From Bacteroidota bacterium (GTDB lineage: Bacteria; Bacteroidota; Bacteroidia; UKL13-3), in NCBI GenBank assembly GCA_027491085.1, contig JAIXWW010000021.1, positions 66,732 to 130,731 of the forward strand: a stretch of DNA of 64,000 nt, given 5' to 3'. The stretch's first letter is position 1, and each line of letters begins with the position of its first letter. Positions 47,750-56,088 of the stretch are shown here, in pieces. The translations under genes were made by a program, and so were the position numbers. The notes beneath the pieces are model-generated. The model saw nothing but the letters and a program-made list of their open reading frames with translations. It was not told the DNA's origin and did no database searches.

Positions 47750-48928
47750 TTATTGTTTGAAAATAATATATGTATTACCTTCCACTTTAATAAAATAAAT
47801 ACCTTTGGTTAAATAGGTAAAGTCTTGATTTATGATGTCGTTACCCTGATAAATGATTTGGCCGATATTATTAAACAAAGTCATCTCGGTATTGGGTTTT
47901 ATATTTAAAATATTAATTTTATTGGTAAATGGATTTGGATAAATTGGGATAGCTTTATTATCAAAATTTTGGTTGTAAACAGATGTGTTGTTTTCCATTT
48001 TACTACTTACACAAATAACATAATTACTATTGGTTTTTAAGTCGTAAGTGGTAATTCCAAATTGGGTATCCCAATACCATGCTTTGGTGGTTTGATTAGG
48101 TAATGAGGTTGACGACCAAAACTTTTTAGTACCAGAAATGGTAAAGAAGTTTGTATTAACAGATGGGTTGTTTAAACCAACTTCACTAATAGATTGCAAC
48201 TCTTTGATATTTGGTAATCGCCAATTGGAATTATTGCCAAGTTCAAGTCCTTCGGCATAAACCAAAGCATCTTCCCAAGTTAAAGTATTGGTATTAGGCA
48301 CTTTTTGCCAAACTAGGTTAGTTACGTTATCGGTTATGGTACCATTGCCATTATCGGTAAAATGATTTTGAATTACAGTTGGTTCAACTACATCTCTTAC
48401 TGCTCTTACATGAAATTTTTTGGTTCCACCTGCGCTAATGGTTTCTGTTTTAGGATGATTGCCTATACCGCCACCTGCATTGGTACACCAAATTTTATTG
48501 GCATCGTTGTTTTGTTTTTCGCTTGTCCACCAATATTCGGCAGCAGTTTTGGTAAAAAAGTTAATATCAATTGCGGGGTTATTGTTTTGATGATTTAAAA
48601 TGCTAAATGATTCCTTAGCAGTTGGTAATCGCCAATTGGTAAAACCACCAAGTGTTAAGGTATCACAATAAATGGCAGCATTTTCTATGGTCATTTCACC
48701 TCCATCAGTTTGTTGCCAAATTAAACCAGTGATGGTATCTGTTACCGTTCCATTTCCATTATTTATATAAAATGGTGTGTTGATGTTGTAATCATTATCC
48801 TCGCCAAAGGTATTGGTATAACTGTTTTTTTGCCCTGTATCAGGCAGGCGTAACATGGTTTTGCTAACAGTTTGTGCTGTAATATTTAGTATAAAAATGC
48901 TAGTTATGATTGTTGTAAAAATCTTCAT
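47750..48928 (-). CDS. DUF1566 (Lcl C-terminal-like) repeat protein with T9SS C-terminal domain
   Basis: 392 aa. It has two repeats of G..W......TWE.A..YC..L...G...WRLP...EL, and the C-terminus YPNPFTNKINI...GIYFIKVEGNTYIIFKQ. Confidence 0.7.
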   Translation of the reverse strand: MKIFTTIITSIFILNITAQTVSKTMLRLPDTGQKNSYTNTFGEDNDYNINTPFYINNGNGTVTDTITGLIWQQTDGGEMTIENAAIYCDTLTLGGFTNWRLPTAKESFSILNHQNNNPAIDINFFTKTAAEYWWTSEKQNNDANKIWCTNAGGGIGNHPKTETISAGGTKKFHVRAVRDVVEPTVIQNHFTDNGNGTITDNVTNLVWQKVPNTNTLTWEDALVYAEGLELGNNSNWRLPNIKELQSISEVGLNNPSVNTNFFTISGTKKFWSSTSLPNQTTKAWYWDTQFGITTYDLKTNSNYVICVSSKMENNTSVYNQNFDNKAIPIYPNPFTNKINILNIKPNTEMTLFNNIGQIIYQGNDIINQDFTYLTKGIYFIKVEGNTYIIFKQ

Positions 48929-48936
48929 GTTTTGGC

Positions 48937-50529
48937 TTAATCAATTACAAACTTTTGGGTTACTTCAGTTTGATTGGTTTTTATCTTTATAAAATAAATG
49001 CCAGCTTCAAAACCCTTTATATCAATGGTGTTTTCATATTGCGAAGTATTATAAACTTGTTTGCCACTTAGGGTAAAAATACCAATATTGGTAATTTGCT
49101 TTGAGTCAATATCAGTTAAGCCAATGTATAAATTTTCATTAGCAGGATTAGGGTAAACGACCATTTTATCGGAAAAATTTACTGGTTTAATACCAACTGT
49201 ATTGGGCACTGTGCAGATAGTTCCTTTGTAAGTATTGGTAGTTTTTACTCCTGAAGCATAAAAGTGAAAAGTATAATTTCCAGCACTTGTCCAACTGTAT
49301 TCTACCGAATCAGTTTTGCCATTTAAGGTATAGGTTAAAGTATAACCATTATTCGTTGTATTGGCTTTACATCCTGTTATCACTGCTCCTTTTAAAGGTG
49401 TTCCTGCTGGTCTAATTGGTTTGGCTGAGGCTTGTGGTATTATTTGTAAAGTAGTGTCTTCCGTTACTTGTCCTACCATATTTCCAATCATGTAAGGTGC
49501 AGTTGCTGTTCCATGGTAATGGTAAAGTCCGTTTGTTCCTTCGTGTCCATGATTGGCATCTAAAGTTTTCATGGCTGAACCATCAGGCTCTAACGAACCA
49601 TAAACGGCATATCCATCTAGTGCAAATGCAATAGGTAAAATATCGCTTGTTTTGGTATCTAAAAATAAAGGCGCAGTATGGTAATGGTAATCATCTGCTC
49701 TGCCGCAATGTCCTCCAAATTCATCTAATTGTCCATCTAAAAAAGCATCAACTCCTGTGTTGGTATAAGGATTAAATATAGCAATTCCATTGGCTGCTAC
49801 TGCAATGGCTCCACGTAAAAAATGCTGCTGATTTACCGGTACTGGCGAGGCTGCTTTAATAGGATTTAATGGAATGCTCCAAGCATTGGAACCTATATAA
49901 CATTGTGGAATAGGAAATTGTTGTTGCCAACCTGTTATGCCTTTCATCATTTCATGTTCAGGAATACCAATTGATTCCACATAAAAATAATTGGCATCCC
50001 AACGCGTATTTACATTTGGTCTAAATGGATCGAATGCCGATTTTAGGTAAGTAATATCGGTAGATTTTTTCAGTGTTTTACTGGTAAAACTATAAGACAT
50101 TACCAATCCACCCACTAAAACTGTTGGCATTACATAAAGCCATTTCTTTCTTTCAGCATTAAAAAATTGCCATGCAATAAAAATTAACAGGGCAACCATT
50201 AAATATAGTTTTATGGTAAATTGATTGTTGATTGAATTACTAATAACAGGTTTTGCTTTAGCATGCAAAGCATTGATACTTGCTTGTCTTTTTTGAACAA
50301 ATTGTTGGTCATTTAAAGACAAATCATTAAAAGAAAAAGATTTGATATTTCCATCATTATTTTCAATAAAAACAGTATTGTTTTTAAACAAATAAAATGT
50401 TCCATTAATGGTTTGATGAGTGCTTTCAATATTCCATTTTCTTGGAAAAGCCATTTGTTGGTGTGCATCGTGAGCCCTAGTAATTTGGGTTAATATGCAA
50501 ATCAATAATACCATAAAAATCTTTTTCAT
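48937..50529 (-). CDS. YHYH domain protein with T9SS C-terminal domain and two internal hydrophobic segments
   Basis: 530 aa. Motifs are GHCGRADDYHYHTAP and GLYHYHGTA, and the C-terminus is VYPNPANENLYI...GIYFIKIKTNQTEVTQKFVID. The hydrophobic stretches are LYLMVALLIFIAWQFF and WLYVMPTVLVGGLVMSYSF. Confidence 0.7.
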   Translation of the reverse strand: MKKIFMVLLICILTQITRAHDAHQQMAFPRKWNIESTHQTINGTFYLFKNNTVFIENNDGNIKSFSFNDLSLNDQQFVQKRQASINALHAKAKPVISNSINNQFTIKLYLMVALLIFIAWQFFNAERKKWLYVMPTVLVGGLVMSYSFTSKTLKKSTDITYLKSAFDPFRPNVNTRWDANYFYVESIGIPEHEMMKGITGWQQQFPIPQCYIGSNAWSIPLNPIKAASPVPVNQQHFLRGAIAVAANGIAIFNPYTNTGVDAFLDGQLDEFGGHCGRADDYHYHTAPLFLDTKTSDILPIAFALDGYAVYGSLEPDGSAMKTLDANHGHEGTNGLYHYHGTATAPYMIGNMVGQVTEDTTLQIIPQASAKPIRPAGTPLKGAVITGCKANTTNNGYTLTYTLNGKTDSVEYSWTSAGNYTFHFYASGVKTTNTYKGTICTVPNTVGIKPVNFSDKMVVYPNPANENLYIGLTDIDSKQITNIGIFTLSGKQVYNTSQYENTIDIKGFEAGIYFIKIKTNQTEVTQKFVID

Positions 50530-50541
50530 ATTGTTATTTAA

Positions 50542-52254
50542 TTAGCGGTTTATCATTATTTTATTACTGCTTTTTAAGCCATTTTCTCCAATTAATTCAG
50601 TGTAGTATGTTCCATTGGGTAAAAGCATATTGTTATAATCTTTTCCATCCCAAATAATTTGAAACGAACCTTTTAAAACTGCATGGTTATTAATTAAAGT
50701 TTTTACCAACTGACCTTGGTTATTGTAAATGGCTAAATTTACTTTTTGTGTATTAGGTAAAGTAAATTCAATTCTTACTTCATTATTAAATGGATTAGGA
50801 TAAATGAGTTCATCCACATAATTGCTATTCCATAAAACTGGCGAACTTGTACTTAACGAATCGTAGCAATTAATAGCACCAATATAGTAAGTGGCTGAAA
50901 TGTCTTTGTTCTTGCGTGTTCCTGTTTCGTTTTTAGGTAAGTAAGCTCTTATATAATCTATTTTTGCTCCATTGCCATCCACAGTAACTTTTATATGACC
51001 TGAACCGGGTAAAATAATTCCTTCTTTGTATCCATAACTTTTGGCTTGGCCTGTTGAGGTAAAATTAGGATGACTTGGTTGAGGCACTTCTTGATAGAAC
51101 AAACAATTTTTTTCTTGCTTACCAAAAAAATGATCGTGGCCATGAAAGAAAATATTAACCCTATGTTCGGTTAATAAATCTTTGATAGGTTTATACCAAC
51201 CAACTCTGTTGCTTTCAAAACCCCTTGTTCCATCTAAATTATTTCCTCCCCATTCATATAAATTGGCAAACTCTACGCCACCACGCCCGTCTGGGTCGCC
51301 ACCAATTAGTTGATGTGCAAATACAAACTTAAACTTGGAGTTGTTTTTTTCTAAAGTACTTTTTAACCAATCATATTGCACCTTTCCTAAAGTCCATCTC
51401 CAACCATTCAATGAATCGGGCTTTGGACTGGTGTACCAATATGGATCTAAAACAATGAATAAAGCATCGCCCCAAGTCCATGCATAATAATTTTCTCGTT
51501 GACCTACATAAGGATGATTGATGGTATCGCCTGAATAAAATTGATTTGGAGCTGGATTATTAAAATACTTTTTTCTATCCAAAGTTCCCCAAACTGGTAA
51601 ACAATTGGCTGTTTTATTGTTTAACCAACCTGCTTCGCCTTCATGGTTGCCAAGGGCAATGTATAAAGGAACTGAGTGGACAATTTTTTCGTAGTAAGTT
51701 CTTAATAAATTACAACGATACGTTACTGTATCTCGTGGTATAACTTTGCTTGCATTTGCTAATTTATCCGACATCAAAAAATCGCCCAAATCAATCATAA
51801 AATCTGGCTTATCATCCAATTGGTTTTTTAAACATAAGTTGTACAATGCAGTATCCGTTTGTTCATCTAAATGTGGGTCGGCTTGCACGATAAATGAAAA
51901 GCTATTGTTTTTACTTCTTTGTGTTTGAAAAGTAAATTCAGGTCGGTATATAATGTTGGAACTGCCCGGCTTTCTGTAACAAATTCTATAATAATATTGG
52001 GTGTTTGCTTGCAAATTGGTCAATACAATTTCGGAAGGTTCGTTTGCTGCAAAAGTTTGCCAATTGCTTTGCTTATCAAAGGTATTGCTGCTAAGGCTGT
52101 ATTGCACACTTACCTCTACCAAAGAATCAAAAAATAATTGTATGGTAATTTCTTTATCGGTTGGTCGGCCTAATAATTCGGCATGAACCAAGTTTTGCGA
52201 TTGACTGCTAAAACCAATGCTAACAAATAAAAGTAGGTATAAAATGTATTTCAT
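50542..52254 (-). CDS. Secreted metallophosphoesterase (purple-acid-phosphatase-like N-terminal beta-sandwich) with T9SS C-terminal domain
   Basis: 570 aa. Motifs are QADPH, DLGD, GNHE and FFHGHDHFF, and the C-terminus is YPNPFNNEVRIEF...GTYYTELIGENG. Confidence 0.75.
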   Translation of the reverse strand: MKYILYLLLFVSIGFSSQSQNLVHAELLGRPTDKEITIQLFFDSLVEVSVQYSLSSNTFDKQSNWQTFAANEPSEIVLTNLQANTQYYYRICYRKPGSSNIIYRPEFTFQTQRSKNNSFSFIVQADPHLDEQTDTALYNLCLKNQLDDKPDFMIDLGDFLMSDKLANASKVIPRDTVTYRCNLLRTYYEKIVHSVPLYIALGNHEGEAGWLNNKTANCLPVWGTLDRKKYFNNPAPNQFYSGDTINHPYVGQRENYYAWTWGDALFIVLDPYWYTSPKPDSLNGWRWTLGKVQYDWLKSTLEKNNSKFKFVFAHQLIGGDPDGRGGVEFANLYEWGGNNLDGTRGFESNRVGWYKPIKDLLTEHRVNIFFHGHDHFFGKQEKNCLFYQEVPQPSHPNFTSTGQAKSYGYKEGIILPGSGHIKVTVDGNGAKIDYIRAYLPKNETGTRKNKDISATYYIGAINCYDSLSTSSPVLWNSNYVDELIYPNPFNNEVRIEFTLPNTQKVNLAIYNNQGQLVKTLINNHAVLKGSFQIIWDGKDYNNMLLPNGTYYTELIGENGLKSSNKIMINR

Positions 52255-52257
52255 GGC

Positions 52258-53919
52258 TTAATGATTTACAATTATTTTTTTGTTAAACTCTATGGAAGCT
52301 GATTTTACCAAAACCATATACATACCATTTGGCAAGCTGCTTATATCAATAGTTTTATTTGTAGTTTGCAATACTTGTTGCCCAATTAAATTATAGATGC
52401 TTATTTCATATGCTTCACTTAAATTATTTGAAAGTAAATACAATTCATTGTTGGCAGGATTAGGAAATAGTTTTACTATAGGTTTTTCAATCGTTTCTTT
52501 TATGTCAGTATTGTCACTTTTTTTACCAATGGTATAAGTAAAACCAATCTCTCCATTTTTATGAATACCCAATGTATCGGCAGGCAAATATGCCTTTACA
52601 TAATCTACTTTTATGTTTTCGGGCGATACAGTTACACGGATATGTCCTGTGCCATCAACCGTATCTGATACATAAGAATCTGCATTGGCCAACATGCCTA
52701 TTTCATAAGTAGAATCTGCTGCCATTGGAACTGCTTGATAGGTTACGCTATCTAATGTTTCGTGTGCAAACACATGGTCGTGACCTTGAAAAAATATGTT
52801 TACTTTATTATCAATAAATAAGTTGTGAATTGGTTTTGCCCATCCCGGACGATTGTTTGCAAATGTGTTTGGTCCATTTAATTTATTGCGGCCTCCCCAT
52901 TCGTATAATTGGGCATTGGTAATACCTCCTCGGCCTTGCCCACGAACATGGTGTGCAAACACAAATTTGTATTTGGCTGTACTGGTTTCTAAGGTAGTTT
53001 TTAACCAATTGTATTGGGGTAAACCAAGGCTCCAATTCCAACCTTGTGGTTTATCGGAAGTATCGCATTGGTCTCTGTAAACATCTAACACCACAAAAAG
53101 CGCATCGCCCCAAGTCCAAGCATAATAGTTTTCAGGGTTACCTATTCCGTATTGTTCAACATCGGTATTGCCACTGTAAAATGAATTTGGAAAAGGATTT
53201 GGATAATAATATTTACGCCATTGTGTTGCCCAAACTGTAAGGTTATTAGGTGGGGTTTTGGTTAAATAAAAATCGTTTTCACCTTCATGATTTCCCAAGC
53301 AAACATAAAAAGGAACAGAATGGCAAATGCTGCCTAAAAAAGGTCTGTAATCAGCATGGAGTGCATCTAATTCCGGAGAAGTAATGGTATAAGGATTGTG
53401 GTCATCGCCAAAAATATCTCCAAGCGAAAGCATAAAATCGGGTTTGTCCTTAGCTTGGTTATTTAAAGTTACTTGGTACATGCTGCGAACACCTTTTTTA
53501 TCGTATAAATGTTCATCGGCCTCTATGGTAAAAGTAAAAGTGCTGCCTTTAGCGCGTTGGGTATAAAATGAATATTCAGTACTATTAATAAAAGTACTTG
53601 CCGATGTGGCTTTGTATTTTACCCTATAAAAATACTGCGTATTTTCTGTTAGGTTTGTTAAATCAATTTCATCGGGCTTATTGGCGGTTGCAGTGTAATT
53701 GGAGCTAGTTTGGGTATAAACTCCTTTTTGTGTTCCGTATTCAAAAAAGTAATCAGTATTTTGGTTAAACATGATGCTAGCCGTAACAGTCTTATCAGTT
53801 GGTCTGCCCAAAATAATATTGAATGTTTGGGCATGTAACCAAGTAATGTTGGTTAAACATAAAACAAGCAAGCCTAATTTAATTGAGGCTGGTGAATAAG
53901 TAAATTTTTTTAAACGCAT
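52258..53919 (-). CDS. Secreted metallophosphoesterase, tandem paralog of 50542..52254, with T9SS C-terminal domain
   Basis: 553 aa. Motifs are EADEH, SLGD, GNHE, KYKFVFAHH and FFQGHDHVF, and the C-terminus is FPNPANNELYLL...GMYMVLVKSASIEFNKKIIVNH. Confidence 0.75.
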   Translation of the reverse strand: MRLKKFTYSPASIKLGLLVLCLTNITWLHAQTFNIILGRPTDKTVTASIMFNQNTDYFFEYGTQKGVYTQTSSNYTATANKPDEIDLTNLTENTQYFYRVKYKATSASTFINSTEYSFYTQRAKGSTFTFTIEADEHLYDKKGVRSMYQVTLNNQAKDKPDFMLSLGDIFGDDHNPYTITSPELDALHADYRPFLGSICHSVPFYVCLGNHEGENDFYLTKTPPNNLTVWATQWRKYYYPNPFPNSFYSGNTDVEQYGIGNPENYYAWTWGDALFVVLDVYRDQCDTSDKPQGWNWSLGLPQYNWLKTTLETSTAKYKFVFAHHVRGQGRGGITNAQLYEWGGRNKLNGPNTFANNRPGWAKPIHNLFIDNKVNIFFQGHDHVFAHETLDSVTYQAVPMAADSTYEIGMLANADSYVSDTVDGTGHIRVTVSPENIKVDYVKAYLPADTLGIHKNGEIGFTYTIGKKSDNTDIKETIEKPIVKLFPNPANNELYLLSNNLSEAYEISIYNLIGQQVLQTTNKTIDISSLPNGMYMVLVKSASIEFNKKIIVNH

Positions 53920-54167
53920 TTTAGATAGAATATAAGTTTGCTAGATTCATAGAAAATAAAAAGGTTTAAAGCTAATAGGTTAAAAGGTGGTTAAACTTTT
54001 ACCGAACCTAAATTATAAATTTTTATACTTAAATAACTACCTCAAAAATGAGCAAATGGAACCTTAAACATGTTATAGTTTTAGTGTTAAATGTTGTAAT
54101 TTTTAGATTAGTTGTATTCGTTATTAAAGAATTAACGGAATATTGATTTTAAAGAAATAGCTCAAAT

Positions 54168-54215
54168 TATTCCTATAATTTTCCTTTATTTGAAATAAGA
54201 AAGAGTGGGTGGTGG
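54168..54215 (+). repeat. Array repeat copy 1 (3' part only)
   Basis: tattcctataattttcctttatttgaaataagaaagagtgggtggtgg, ending 30 nt before the ATG at 54245. Confidence 0.85.
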
Positions 54216-54244
54216 GGAAGTAAACACAGATAAAAATATTAAAC

Positions 54245-54598
54245 ATGAATTATTCAATATTAAATCAGTATGGAATAACTTTCCAAAAACAAGCTAATGG
54301 CAATATTAAAATTATTGCTAACTCTAAGATATTAGATAATTTTATGTTTATGTTTTGTCGTGACAAACAAAAATTAGAGAAATTTATTCTGATACTCAGC
54401 CAAGTTTTAAACAATGGATTTAACTCAATATCTGAACAAGATAAATATTGGGATATAGAAATTGGTCTTCAAGTTTATACTGGCATAATTCATAATAACA
54501 CAGAATTTGACTTGTATTTTGAAAATGAAGAAAATGAAACTTATCCTCTTAGTGATATAAGAGAAATATTTTCCTCATTATTTGAATTTATCAATTAA
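54245..54598 (+). CDS. Small hypothetical protein (cassette 1; immunity-like by context)
   Basis: 117 aa, acidic, with no signal peptide. It follows array repeat copy 1. Confidence 0.55.
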   Translation: MNYSILNQYGITFQKQANGNIKIIANSKILDNFMFMFCRDKQKLEKFILILSQVLNNGFNSISEQDKYWDIEIGLQVYTGIIHNNTEFDLYFENEENETYPLSDIREIFSSLFEFIN

Positions 54599-54646
54599 TT
54601 TAAAATTTTAAAACGATTTCTTTACCCAAAGAGTAATTTACCCTTA

Positions 54647-54723
54647 CCAACCGAATTTGTATCATTCAAACATTTTATTCCTATAATTTTCCTTTATTTG
54701 AAATAGGAAAGAATGGGTGGTGG
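54647..54723 (+). repeat. Array repeat copy 2 (full length, about 77 bp)
   Basis: ccaaccgaatttgtatcattcaaacattttattcctataattttcctttatttgaaataggaaagaatgggtggtgg. Confidence 0.9.
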
Positions 54724-54757
54724 CAGCAATAAAAAAGCCATTTGATTATAAAGTAAA

Positions 54758-55252
54758 ATGACAAGAACGAAATATTTTGAATTAGCAGAAGCAAACGAAT
54801 TAGTATTAGAAATAGAGTTTGGCACCTATGTATTAATGATGTATTATATCGCCCAAATTGATTATCAAAAAGCCTTAAAACTTTTTCATGCAACTATTTC
54901 AGAATGGAAATATCGTGTAGAATACGAATTGGATGAAGGTATGTATGATAGTGAAAACTATACCTGCCATTTTGTACCATCTGAAATTCAGGAATCAATT
55001 GCATTTATAGATAATCAAGTGATACCAGCTTTACAAAATGAAACTTATGAAGATGTATTAGTAAAATATGGAGGCAAAGCCAATTTTGAAAATATTTATA
55101 ATGATAACAATACATTTTTAATTTTTTTAGGAGCTTATGATGAGGTTTATGAAGATAGTAAATATGGCATGTGGGGTAGATTTGAAAAATTAAGAAATGT
55201 CTTTCAAGAATCATTAAACAGAAATATACCATTTAAAACTTGGGTATGGTAA
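54758..55252 (+). CDS. Small hypothetical protein (cassette 2; immunity-like by context)
   Basis: 164 aa, acidic and aromatic-rich, with no signal peptide. It follows array repeat copy 2. Confidence 0.55.
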   Translation: MTRTKYFELAEANELVLEIEFGTYVLMMYYIAQIDYQKALKLFHATISEWKYRVEYELDEGMYDSENYTCHFVPSEIQESIAFIDNQVIPALQNETYEDVLVKYGGKANFENIYNDNNTFLIFLGAYDEVYEDSKYGMWGRFEKLRNVFQESLNRNIPFKTWVW

Positions 55253-55273
55253 ATTCCCCTCGCTTCCTATTCT

Positions 55274-55334
55274 CACCAACCGAATTTGTATCATTCAAAC
55301 ATTTTATTCCTATAATTTTCCTTTATTTGAAATA
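55274..55334 (+). repeat. Array repeat copy 3 (5' part; ends at gaaata)
   Basis: caccaaccgaatttgtatcattcaaacattttattcctataattttcctttatttgaaata, 6 nt before the ATG at 55341. Confidence 0.9.
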
Positions 55335-55340
55335 AAAAAA

Positions 55341-55807
55341 ATGGAAATAGAATATTTAAAAACTTTGAGAGATAATCCTGTAGATTTTGGTGTGACCATG
55401 AATTATACTAATAGAGGTATTCCCATAACAGAAATAGAACAATTAGAACAAACTTGGAACAATGGCAATCCATTTCCAAAGGCATTACGAGAACTGCTTT
55501 TTTAGCAGGAGAATATTGCTATGTGTTTAATTATGGAGTTTATGATACGCAGCAAGAATTACAAGAATTTATGAGAGAAGACATGGCTGATAATGGAAAA
55601 AGCATTACACGGCCATTTTATGTTATGGATACATGGAATGCAGATCAATTTAGCTTTATATATTTAGATGAAGGTGATAACCCCTATATTTATGATGCTA
55701 ATTCATATAAGAATGGTTCAAATTGGTTTTATAAGACAAATTATACCATAAAGAGTCTAGCAGAAAGCAGAATAGAAAGTGTTAAAAGAGGAGAAAATCC
55801 TTATTAA
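55341..55807 (+). pseudogene. SMI1/KNR4 (SUKH-1) family immunity-type protein, interrupted by a frameshift in a T6 run
   Basis: Frame A (55341..55505) reads MEIEYLKTLRDNPVDFGVTMNYTNRGIPITEIEQLEQTWNNGNPFPKALRELLF-stop. Frame B (tracked ORF 55454..55807) continues LAGEYCYVFNYG... One extra T in the run at 55498-55503, or a -1 slip, joins them as ...ALRELLFLAGEYCYVF. That gives the SMI1/KNR4 pattern (I..lE...g..lP..l...l...g). Confidence 0.6.
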
Positions 55808-55825
55808 AAGCAGCAGATATTTGCC

Positions 55826-55952
55826 CTCGGTTGGTATCCTCACCAATCGAATAAGGTGCGGTGAGGACACCGACCTTGGACAAATTTGTATCATTCAAAC
55901 ATTTTATTCCTATAATTTTCCTTTATTTGAAATAAGAAAGAGTGGATTGGTG
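55826..55952 (+). repeat. Array repeat copy 4, with a roughly 33-bp hairpin-forming insertion and no following ORF
   Basis: cctcaccaatcgaa, then taaggtgcggtgaggacaccgaccttggacaaa, then tttgtatcattcaaacattttattcctataattttcctttatttgaaataagaaagagtggattggtg. Confidence 0.8.
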
Positions 55953-56088
55953 AACGAACCTGAAAATTATTTTTATAGCAGTTCAAATATTTTTAGCCCT
56001 TTAAAAGTAATACCGTTTTGAAATAGGAGTTAATCAGCTGGAGGCTTTTTAATACGCTCACTCGCAAGATGCGAGCGAGCGCTGGGGC

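Noticed and set aside
54647-54723. Integron attC interpretation of the array repeat
   Set aside because: The ends are partly complementary (caccaacc and gggtggtg). However, they do not match the RYYYAAC / GTTRRRY core sites, and no IntI-type integrase is in the window. I kept this only as a loose analogy in the finding.
54168-55952. Possible CRISPR array (four conserved repeats)
   Set aside because: The repeats are 60-77 bp and spaced 480-630 bp apart. The intervening DNA contains ordinary protein-coding ORFs with starts just after each repeat. No cas genes are present.
55779-56021. Tracked 80-aa ORF spanning array repeat copy 4
   Set aside because: It reads through the hairpin insertion and the conserved repeat, overlaps the end of the SUKH gene, and has no support from the cassette pattern.
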